64,000 bases of DNA from Priapulus caudatus. Taxonomy: Eukaryota. The stretch is taken from the NCBI RefSeq assembly GCF_000485595.1, contig NW_014577079.1, positions 242,826 through 306,825 of the forward strand. The letters are read 5' to 3'. Numbering within the stretch: position 1 is the stretch's first letter; each line of letters starts with the position of its first letter. Below are positions 42,745 through 51,900 of this stretch, piece by piece. The notes below the pieces were generated by a model that saw only the letters and a list, made by a program, of their open reading frames with translations, did not search any database and had not been told where the DNA came from. A program made the position numbers and the translations under genes.

Positions 42745-44199
42745 AACAACAGCAGCACCAGTGATGCGTGTCTACGACTCATGCAGCTTCTGGCCCGTGA
42801 TTGACAACGAGCTTCGCCGTGCGACGCTGGAAAAGGGTGTCGATGTCCGACTGATGGCTAGCTGGTGGAACCATTCACGACCGGACCTGCCCAAATATCT
42901 GCTCTCACTGCAGGTGCTGACAGGGGCCTTACGCGCCAACGTGGAGACCGTAAGTGCACCGCCATCGCAGTCAAACCTGTATAGAAGGGCCAGTCGGGCG
43001 AGTGTCTTTTATAGACGGGTGTCTGTTCTATAGAGGTGAAACTCGAGGGAAGTGGCAAAAGTGTCCTTTGTAGACGGGTGTCCATTCTGTAGAGGTGGTG
43101 GTTTAACTTTCTAATTGCTACTGGATGAAATTGTCCTTTGTAGACAGGCGTGCTATAGAGGTGACCACTTTACACAGGTTTGAATGTACCTGGTTATTCA
43201 AAGGAGACAGACAATGATTTACAATGATAATATCAGGAGTGAATAATAGAGATCTCTATTATTCACTCTTGATAATATGATGGTATATACAATGTGTTAC
43301 AACTAATAAAATGTGTTTAATGATAACTTAATTAATTTAATTTAATTTCCGTCTAATTTGTTTTCTATTACAGAAATTATTTGAGGTACCAAGTACAGAT
43401 GCTCAGAGAAAAATACCTTATGCCAGAGTGAATCACAACAAATACATGGTTACAGATAATGCAGCATATATAGGTATTAAGTGTATTGCTAGTTTCTCGT
43501 AAGATTGGTCATAGAAGTAGTTTAGTACTCAATTTAACACTGGCGGTATTGGTTGAACCCATGTAAAGATGGTTAAAATGAACCAACAATCAAGTCCAAA
43601 GTTACTATTCTTTGGTTTTGGATCTTGAATTTTGACATCTTGGATTTTGAAAATGTGTTAGGTGTGTAAAAGTGAAGCATCTTGGTGTGACATCCCAGAT
43701 CTATCAATATTAATAGTCGTTAATGAGGAAAGAGTTTGATAGTTTGTTTCAGCTAACTGCTTCATTGAAGTTTCACATGTAGGTAAATTTAGATAACAAA
43801 GTGTGTACTTCGTGTTTTCTACTCTTCATGTTTTACCATATCATTTAGTGTTCAAGTGAAATTATTAAATACATCGGTAGTGGATTACGTTATCAAGGTT
43901 ATCAACCCACACATCTAATGTTGTGCACTGACACAGTGAAAGCCATCTTTCATCCATTTATGTATGGGTATCTAATTCATATTCTGCACACAGGTACATC
44001 AAACTGGTCCGGAGACTACTTTGTAAGTACTGGAGGCATAGGCTTCATAGTGAATCAGACAGATTCATCGTGGAATACAACATCACCGAATGGACAACCA
44101 ATTCGAGAGCAACTGCAGGCAATCTTTGAGCGTGATTGGACATCGGCCTATGCTCACCCAATTGATAAGTATTTACCAGCGCTTTCAGTGAGATCCTAG
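14208..44199 (+). CDS. PLD3: PLD3/PLD4-family phospholipase D / 5'-3' exonuclease (type II membrane protein), whole spliced gene model
   Basis: Exons: TM exon 25269-25537 (noisy copy ~14208-14492), 22484-22670 (noisy copy ~33531-33728), 37116-37239, 37589-37722, 39901-40013, 41530-41617, 42061-42200, 42787-42949, 43374-43473, 43994-44199. All clean exons are GT-AG with compatible phases. Motifs: [72 protein letters not shown]. First coding exon is uncertain. Confidence 0.93.
22255..22290. mobile_element. 36-bp CAGGAG palindrome, TSD ATCAGCAT (P-like mini-element/footprint)
   Basis: 16-bp arms, 4-nt spacer, 8-bp direct flanks. Confidence 0.7.
22484..22670 (+). CDS. PLD3: PLD3 exon ([11 protein letters not shown]...[12 protein letters not shown]...SSWQ)
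   Basis: ttgcag| acceptor, |gtaggc donor, 187 nt, phase 2->0. Confidence 0.92.
25269..25537 (+). CDS. PLD3: PLD3 N-terminal transmembrane exon ([24 protein letters not shown]...HRCSDAC)
   Basis: ttgcag| acceptor, |gtgagt donor, 269 nt, phase 0->2. Joins the LTLVESIP exon to give [10 protein letters not shown]. Hydrophobic signal-anchor typical of the family. Confidence 0.85.
26795..27603. mobile_element. Foldback element with ~250-bp TIRs (noisy copy ~15770-16600)
   Basis: 26795-27040 is the reverse complement of ~27327-27603. TTAA/TTTA flanks (Sola3/Kolobok-like, unresolved). Confidence 0.75.
33531..33728 (+). pseudogene. PLD3: Indel-ridden second copy of the PLD3 LVESIP exon
   Basis: Aligns with 22484-22670 with many single-base indels. 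Confidence 0.75.
33770..33802. mobile_element. 33-bp CAGGAG palindrome absent from the paralogous position at ~22705
   Basis: 16+1+16 perfect palindrome flanked by ATAACAT-like duplication. Confidence 0.7.
36206..36763 (+). mobile_element. hAT (Charlie/Buster-like) deletion derivative; its left end is also present at 25098-25187
   Basis: TIR CAGYGCTTCTCAACC / GGTTGAGAAGCACTG. 8-bp TSD ACCTAATG at 25090-25097 and 36764-36771. Degenerate transposase C-terminus ending in a Q.SH*-like sequence near 36600. Confidence 0.8.
37116..37239 (+). CDS. PLD3: PLD3 exon ([23 protein letters not shown]...)
   Basis: cgcag| ... |gtgcgt, phase 0->1. Confidence 0.9.
37589..37722 (+). CDS. PLD3: PLD3 exon with HKD motif 1 ([29 protein letters not shown])
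   Basis: tttcag| ... |gtaggt, phase 1->0. HxKxxxxD present. Confidence 0.95.
39901..40013 (+). CDS. PLD3: PLD3 exon ([29 protein letters not shown])
   Basis: cacag| ... |gtgaac, phase 0->2. Confidence 0.93.
40384..41497 (+). mobile_element. Helentron-associated (HINE/DINE-1-like) element with ~307-bp internal tandem repeats
   Basis: 5' TTTTTAGCTCGCC...GAGCTA...GTCGTCCGTC. Repeat units start ~40450, 40756, 41064. 3' GGTGAGCTA subTIR followed by hairpin AGTGTCA-C-TGACACT. Confidence 0.7.
41530..41617 (+). CDS. PLD3: PLD3 exon ([15 protein letters not shown]...FLA)
   Basis: caacag| ... |gtgaga, phase 2->0. Confidence 0.88.
41703..41840. repeat. (GGAT)n/(GCAT)n microsatellite
   Basis: Direct reading. 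Confidence 0.95.
42061..42200 (+). CDS. PLD3: PLD3 exon ([18 protein letters not shown]...[11 protein letters not shown])
   Basis: ttccag| ... |gtacgt, phase 0->2. Confidence 0.93.
42551..42758. repeat. (CAA)n/(CAC)n trinucleotide repeat in PLD3 intron
   Basis: Direct reading. Confidence 0.95.
42787..42949 (+). CDS. PLD3: PLD3 exon ([30 protein letters not shown]...)
   Basis: atgcag| ... |gtaagt, phase 2->0. Confidence 0.92.
42968..43186. mobile_element. pogo/Tigger-like MITE with internal GTGTCC repeats (related pieces at ~22890-23175, ~61455-61515, ~63640-63690)
   Basis: CAGTCAAACCTGTATA ... TACACAGGTTTGAATG|TA. Confidence 0.55.
43234..43271. mobile_element. 38-bp CAGGAG/CTCTTG palindrome, TSD ATAATAT
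   Basis: 19+19 arms with one mismatch, 7-bp direct flanks. Confidence 0.7.
43374..43473 (+). CDS. PLD3: PLD3 exon with HKD motif 2 ([21 protein letters not shown])
   Basis: ttacag| ... |gtatta, phase 0->1. Confidence 0.95.
43994..44199 (+). CDS. PLD3: PLD3 last coding exon (TSNWSGDYF...LQAIFERDW...stop)
   Basis: cacag| acceptor, TAG stop at 44197-44199. Confidence 0.93.
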
Positions 44200-44363
44200 C
44201 CACTTCATACTAGATTGATGTCTATTATAGTGCATCAATCCAATATCTCTAGGAAATGTACGTCAGAAAATAATCTTCGGATGACTGACTACTTATTGAA
44301 GTATTTTTCCAGAGTTACTCGTGCTCAACCCTAACTTGAATTTTTTAGCGGCAAGTGAGGACT

Positions 44364-44369
44364 AATAAA
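44364..44369 (+). promoter_or_regulatory. Candidate polyadenylation signal of PLD3
   Basis: AATAAA 165 nt after the stop codon. Confidence 0.4.
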
Positions 44370-45776
44370 ATATGCATTTGTTTATTGGAGGATGGGAGGG
44401 AGGGGATTGAGTTGGATGGGAGGGGAAAACTGTAATGGACTCTCTGATAGAGCGATGAGATGTGTATTTTCTTTAACATAACAAGGTTTCACATTTGTAA
44501 CCACTGATTCTCGACTATCACCTCCTATCACTCGAAATTGATGCACAAATCTTGTACATATAGTTTTCATGATAATGAGGCCACGACTTTTTAAAAATTA
44601 GCCACTGTGGTTGGCTGTATATTATCAGCCAATTTCAAAAACCAAGAGACTATATGCTAGCTTTAGTAAAATACTTTAATCCTAAAACTTCTAGCAATTA
44701 ACAGTAAAATATTATACTGCACCACTGTAGTAGTAAATAATTTCCTGACCATCTTACGGGATCTTTCACTTATCAATCACATATCACGTCATGAAATCAA
44801 CATCACTTAGTTACATGTTCGTGTTTATACGTATAGTTTTTATTGTATATGAAGTGTATGTTCCCCCTGAGCTGCAGACCTGCCCATCTGCTCAATACGG
44901 CAAACGGTTTGGCTTTTCTTCCTGTACATCGAACATATTAAATCACCCAATGCAACCGCCTTCGACTGGTTCGTAGTCGCTAGGGGCTTCTGATAGATTA
45001 TATTACTACCCCCACATGAACATATCTATAGAAAGTAGCTGTATAATCTATATATACTGTATAGATATGTTCATGCTACCTGCCAGATAGCATCCTGTGA
45101 GCAGTAGTCTGCTCTGCTATTTAGCGAGTATTGCTTGCTTGCTATAAAACCAAAGATGTGGTCACTTTACCCACGTGTAATAGTAAGTTAAGCTGTTATC
45201 AGTGATGTTGTACGTGTTACAGCCACATACATCCTGCTCATTCGTGTTAGCTTATTCAGTTGGGGCATGCTCTAATATTGACAACCAATAGAGGGTGCCA
45301 CTTACCAATATCCTTGCAATTTACAACCAATACGTTCACCAAGATTATTATTCGTTCTATTCTTTGCTCTCAGGCACTCTAAATTTTGGCTAGAACCCCC
45401 ACCCCACCCCAACCCCACCCAACCGACGATTGATGCCGCCTGCTTGGGACGTTGCAGCAATCAGCTAACACATTGCCGCATTACAGTTACCGAAGCTGCC
45501 TTGTCAGCGCTCACGCAGAAGCTTAATAATTTGTTGCGCGTGGTAACTCGAAGTAAACATGCCATCCTCTGGTTTGTGTATACATACAAGCATGCCGATT
45601 TTTGTCCCTATAAATCACAGGTTCATTATCCCTTTCAATTAACAAAATTCCTCTTAACAAAATTATTTCGTGTTAACTTTGTAGTTGAACCTAGTAGCTA
45701 GCAGGTTAACACAGGATTTGTATTGCCATTCTCTTTTCAAGAAGTACATGAAACTATAATAATTATATATATACAT

Positions 45777-45807
<31 letters not shown>

Positions 45808-46713
45808 TGGGGGGGGGAGGGCGAGATAGATAGATATAGATACATATGTATGTTTGTGTGTGTATACGTTCTCGTATTTAAACTTTCATTTTTAAATGGG
45901 ATTAATGTTAGATTTATAGTGGGTGCTAATAATACTATGTACATTTTGTAAATATTCTATTGTAATTTTCTATTGCTGTTTGAAAATGTATGTCGGTAAG
46001 TCTGTGTTGTTCATATTAGTTGCTTATGTAATTGAAAGTTTGTTAAAATAACCTATGCTAACACTGGCAAATGGTTTGAAAACAGATGTTTGACATTCAT
46101 TGAATGTACATCGATTTATCTCTCATGCTTGTACTATGTGTTTTTGCTAATACTGTAATAGATACGTTTATATTATGATAAGATTTTTCGGTATTGCGGT
46201 CCAAACGATAATCTAAGAGAGATTATTACAGAGAGCAATAAGAAGTATGTAGAAACACTGAAATTAATAAGGTGGCTATACTAAATAACAAATTACGCTT
46301 TCTTCTGTCTTTTTAATATGGACTTTATAATCCTGTGTGATAATTAAATACAATCCATAACAACTGTTTGTCAATCATGATATGCAAATATTTACACCTA
46401 AAGCACTTGCATAATCATTGCAACCAAGTGTACATCTATGATTTCAGCCCCCTCCATTGTAAAATCCTACATCCGTAACCTTATCTTATAACCGCTCTAA
46501 GCCAGAACTCATTCAAACTTTTTTGGCTCTGAAAAAATACATACGTTCACACACAGTCACACTACCAACCTCACGTCCAAAAATCCCTTGAGCAGCTGAG
46601 TCTGGTGCTTGTTGATAAATGTAACTTCTGTAACCTCTGTACCTTCAACTGTGTGAACCTTCTGGCTTCAATATTGTTATGTGACTATTCTTCAGTTGTC
46701 ATTGTCATCAAGC

Positions 46714-47090
46714 TCAATCAGAAACAAGTTTCATTCGCTCGATAGTCTGTAGCAGATCTGCACCCTTGACAACCACATCTTGATTATCAGGAACTACACA
46801 CGTATTCTTGAGATCTGTAGAATGGTTCTTATGAACTATCACTGTGTTCTTAAGATCTGCAGCATGGTTATCAGGAACTATAACTGTGTTCCTGAGATCT
46901 GAAGGCTTGTTATTGAGACTTTCATCCTGATCTTTAAGACCTGGGTGTTCAGGTTCCGAGTTCTGGTCACCAACTGTTGGGCCGTCTCTCTCTAAATCTG
47001 TTACTTTGAGATGACCAAATTTGTCCATAGAAAAGCCAGAGTCCTGTTCCAGCAGAAACATGGGGATCACTTCAATAGGCAGGCTCCACT
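46714..47090 (-). CDS. PRIMPOL: PRIMPOL last coding exon (WSLPIEV...stop)
   Basis: tttcag| acceptor in phase 1, open to TGA at 46714. Confidence 0.82.
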
Positions 47091-48934
47091 CTGAAACAAA
47101 TTTAGAATTTTGGATGAGAACACATGTTATGTGATCGATTTGAGGAAAAGAAGGCTATGCTTTTATCATTTCTATTTCAGATTTATTTCTAGTCATCTAT
47201 CATATATGTGACCCGCTCCAGCATAATACGGACTAAGTCGCAAGTCATTGTTTTGAGTAATGGGCACGCACACATGTCAATGCTGAAAATGGCCTACTTG
47301 GACAAAAATGAGATTTTTACCAAAATAAGTTCCTAAGTGCATATTTAATCCGGATATATAGGTTCAGATATCTCTAGATTATTATAATCATTTTTAATTA
47401 AAAAAAAAAAAAATTGAAAAAGGGCTCCTGACCGCTCAGCCCCGACTGGGCCCCTTACCCGGAACGCTTTATTTCAAAAGCTGCATATTCCGGAATAAGT
47501 CGGTTTCCGATCTTCAAATTGCTGTAGATCAGTCAATTCTTTAGATATAGCCAAATATTATATATTATTTTAAAGGTAATTAAATGATCTATTCAGATAT
47601 GCACATAACTCATTTTGTAGAATTTACTACTTAATCCTGGTTTTGCTGGAGCGGGTCACATATGGTGTGTGATAATAGATAAGACACTTGTTAAATAAAG
47701 GATACCAATATTCCAGGTTTTATTAGCAAGCAGGATACTCAATATTTGAGCATTCTGGTAATTGAGTGTAGTAAATAAGCACATCAACTGCCTCAATAAA
47801 TGTTGTTCATTATCATTTCTGTAGCATATACGTAAAGCCTAATATGACTGAAATTAATGCTGAAGGCAGGAATCTTGTTATCCTGAATATAAGGCTAAAA
47901 GCTGAAATACTGACATCATAAAATGTAAGTGCAGTGTATATATACCTCGTGACTTGAAATTCTGCCTTTGGCATTCAGGATCATAACATTTCTGGTAGTA
48001 AACTCCATTTTTCAGATCAACAACAATCCTGTAATTGCACAAAAAAGTAAATCCCATCTAATTAGCAATAACTATTGCAATGGTGACTTGAGATATTTGC
48101 AAGATGCCAAACAAACACTGATGTTTGCATCCTCTCATTAATTATAACGGATATTAGGAAGTTTACACCACTTGGTTTGAAATGTGAATTCAAGATGGTT
48201 TCAAGTATTTTTTTATAAGTCAGCGTGAGGGAATATTGAGTAAAATAAGACGATCTTAGTGAAAAATCATACTCTTACACATAAAAAGTTTAGTATTTGC
48301 CGAGAACAAATGTACACATAGGATGCACACATTCTGTCTAGATGATCACTATAAACTGTAAAAGCGCAATTTTAATTATCACTCACCTGACGTTGTTGCT
48401 CCTGTGCTGCCTCTTTATGTTCTCGCAGTATCTGTTTCCGGCAATGTCGTAGCTCAGCAGTTCGGTGCGAGCGAAGTAGACCCAGCGTCGCACGTGCCCG
48501 CGTCTGCCGTTCCTTGCGATCAGTTTCTCAACGAAGCAGTCGACTTCCGTAAACGGCGAGTGCTCATAACCCTCCACCGCGTCTGAAATTGAACACCGTA
48601 AATATCGTTACGTTTAGTCGCGAGTGACTAATTGGGTGGGAGAAAACCCGCGATTTCTTCCTGATATAGTCACTAAGTAGTAAAAAAGACGAGGTAGCAT
48701 AGGTAGGTCTAGAGTCATCCATGAGGCACTGATATATTATGTGTCATGGTAATGGTATAGCACCAGTGTGTGATCGAAATGCCCTGGAGCCAGCGGTGTG
48801 TGGCTAAATATGCAGAAACGGTTACCGAAACTTTCAAGCATTGGATTGCATGCTGCACGGAAATACAACCGGTAGGGCAATATAGATGTTCCTGTCCACC
48901 TGTTAAGTAATACACATGACATGATGATGATCCG

Positions 48935-48969
<35 letters not shown>

Positions 48970-51900
48970 GTGACGATGATGATGGTGGCGATGATGATGG
49001 TGGCGATGATGATGGTGACGATGATGATGGTGATGATGATGATGGTGGTGATGATGATGATGATGATGATGATCCGCGAAGGTTCACTGGTCGTGGGTGT
49101 ACCTCTAGCCTGTGCAGGATAGGCTTCATTCCCGTACCGTTTCTGGGACTGCTCTCTGTCACAGTTAAGAATGCGGGTCTCTGCAGTGCACCTGATACGA
49201 ACGAAGAAATACTACTCAGGCTCACAGGAATTTAGGTAGATAGCAATATCTTGATATGCAAAATCTTTTTGATTCAATTTTTTGTTTTAGATATATTAGA
49301 AATATTTGTGTCTATATGTTATATGCAAGCTCAAATGTAACTTTTAGTTTACATTTAAAAACCTAAAACTTTGATGTTTTTAGCTGTTAAACGATGTGTA
49401 CTCAGAAAACATCACTCACTCTACATTGGTTACGAGAGACTGGAGAAAGGTCAGTTCTTCCATTTGTTGTTTCCCCTTTCCTTGCCTCACATCACCAGCT
49501 GCAAACTGATTATCGGGAGACAGCACAAGAGGGTTGTTCTGCTTCAGCTTGCTTGATAAGTACAGCCGAAAATTTCTGTTCCGTGTGTAAACGCCTGGCG
49601 ATTAGAACAAACTGGTTAGAATAACTATTATATCATATTTTATTGGCTCATATCATAGACACAAGTATTATTGTGGACTGCAACCCTTTAACATATGTTT
49701 AAGCACATGACACAGTATCCTATTAAATGCATGCATTTCCTTTATTGCCCTACTGGGTAATAATTCATCACTTATACTTTCAATCATTTCAACACTCATT
49801 TTAAAGTTACGTTCCGAACTTCTGACTGCTTGTAAAATACATTAAACACACTCACCTTCGTCACAAAATAGTACACGTTTACCATTCTTGTCCATGACCA
49901 GTAGTTGTTGTAGGCAGCCCTGACAGATGTCACCTTGTTCGTTTCCATTTTGCAATGGCACAAGTTCACACTGTGTGCACAAATTTTCTGTATTGACCTT
50001 TTCACACGGTCCATTATCACATGCTCGATCATGTTCGAACAAGGTTTTTCGACTTTCGTCGCCAGTGCTATCACGGACAGGAGTAGTAATTTCGGATGTG
50101 TTAACACGTGTACACTGATGTTGCTCTAGTGAGGTTTTATTGGTCGGAGTGCCTGTCACAGTCTTCATATCACGTACTGTCGAGTTCACTTGCTGCGGAC
50201 TGAAAAGATCTTCACTTTGATTAAAACTAGAGTTGACCATGGGAATCAAGACAGCAGTTTCGCGTGCCTTGCAAAGACAGTCATGATCCACAGGCGCACC
50301 AGACGTGCTCATAGAAGCAATATCATCGTCGGCATCTTTCTGCTGCAAACACGTAGACATTGAAGCAGAATTGCGCACAAGACTTCTGTGATGTTTAGAA
50401 CTAAAATTCTTCTGATTGCAAACACAATTCTTCTTGCAAGAGCACGTGTTTTCCGTAGTTGGTTTTGAGGATATACCCTCATGTCCAGGTTGTATACAAG
50501 TACTACTACTGCTATACTTCGGAGTGGAGTGTAACATGGGTTCCTGAGGTGGACTCTCATGTTCTACGCGATTTTCCTTTGCCATGGGAAACCTGCTTAC
50601 ACACACTGTAGAAGCATCACATTTTACCGAACATGTACAACGCACGGAGTGACGTGTGCACTTCGGAGACAGAAGCAGTGTATTTTCGTAAAAACTGATT
50701 TCCAGTCTAAGAGCATCGCATATCCGACGAATAAAATTTCCTGCAAGACAGGCAGAAATCGTTTAAAGAGACGACGGAACTGGGAGTGCAGCATGTGCAG
50801 ATAAGGTGCTAGTGGGAAACACAGCCACTATACCGACTTGTAGTGTATGCTATGTGGATCTAGGACTGTTTGCGTGAAAGGCCTGTCACATCACATCACT
50901 GGCAAACACTTACTCTGCAATTGCCATGCCACTAATAAGAAGAGGTGCACTATGAAATATACTCAGTCATTATGTAAAATAGCGTGAGAATACTTAGCTA
51001 TAACATCCTTAAAGTGACCTTAACTGACTGACATTCGCTCATTACTGACCTGTGTGAATGTTATCCTTAAATACTGCTTGGCAAGGAAGATGGAATATCA
51101 AGTGGCGACTGAACTTTTTCACAGTTGTAGCGTCAAGGTCCAGAACTAAGGTTCGATCACAGTGGAGACCATATGCTTCCAACAAATGCTTGCAGACATA
51201 CTTAAATAAATAAAAATATTATTATTATAATTAGAAAAATCACATAATTTTAACTAAGATTATTACCACTAATAACACTTATCTGATCTAAAAATACACT
51301 AAACTAAAGTGTGGAGTATTACTATTACCATTTCTATAAGATAACACAAGACATTACCATTCATGAGGAGCACAGTAGTAACAGCAGAACATAATGCATC
51401 TTTCGAATTCTTGTATTTTTTTATGATACTAGTAAATTCTATCAAAAGTTCACAGTGGTGCATACCTTAATGAAAATATCTACCATTGCAGGACCCTGTT
51501 TATCTGGATTGTGGACGAAGCTGAATTCCAAGTCAAAATATAGACGGGACTTGGCTCCCTCTGGGATAACTTCATAGTAATGTCTCTCAGTTGAACGCAA
51601 ATCCCTATTTTTAAAGGACATTTTATTAGCAACATTAAACAAAAATGCAATACAAGGTATATACGTATAGCTACCTGCAATTAGCTCTCTACTGTATACA
51701 TTACATACAAGCGCGTAGCCAGGGGGGGTCATGGGAGCCCTAGGACCCCCCCAATCAAAATCAAAATCCAAAAAAAAGCGTAGTAGCTGGCCTTATCCTG
51801 GCCTCGTTAAAAAAATTAATGTTAAAAAATTGGCGTAGTTAGGGGGGGCCAAAGGGGGCCATTGGCCCCTTGTTGATCCGAAAGTTAAAAAAAGAAAAGA

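Noticed and set aside
48737..49235. Poly-Asp / poly-Ser / poly-Met ORFs
   Set aside because: Intronic GAT repeat. The real coding part is PRIMPOL exon 49103-49191 in another frame.
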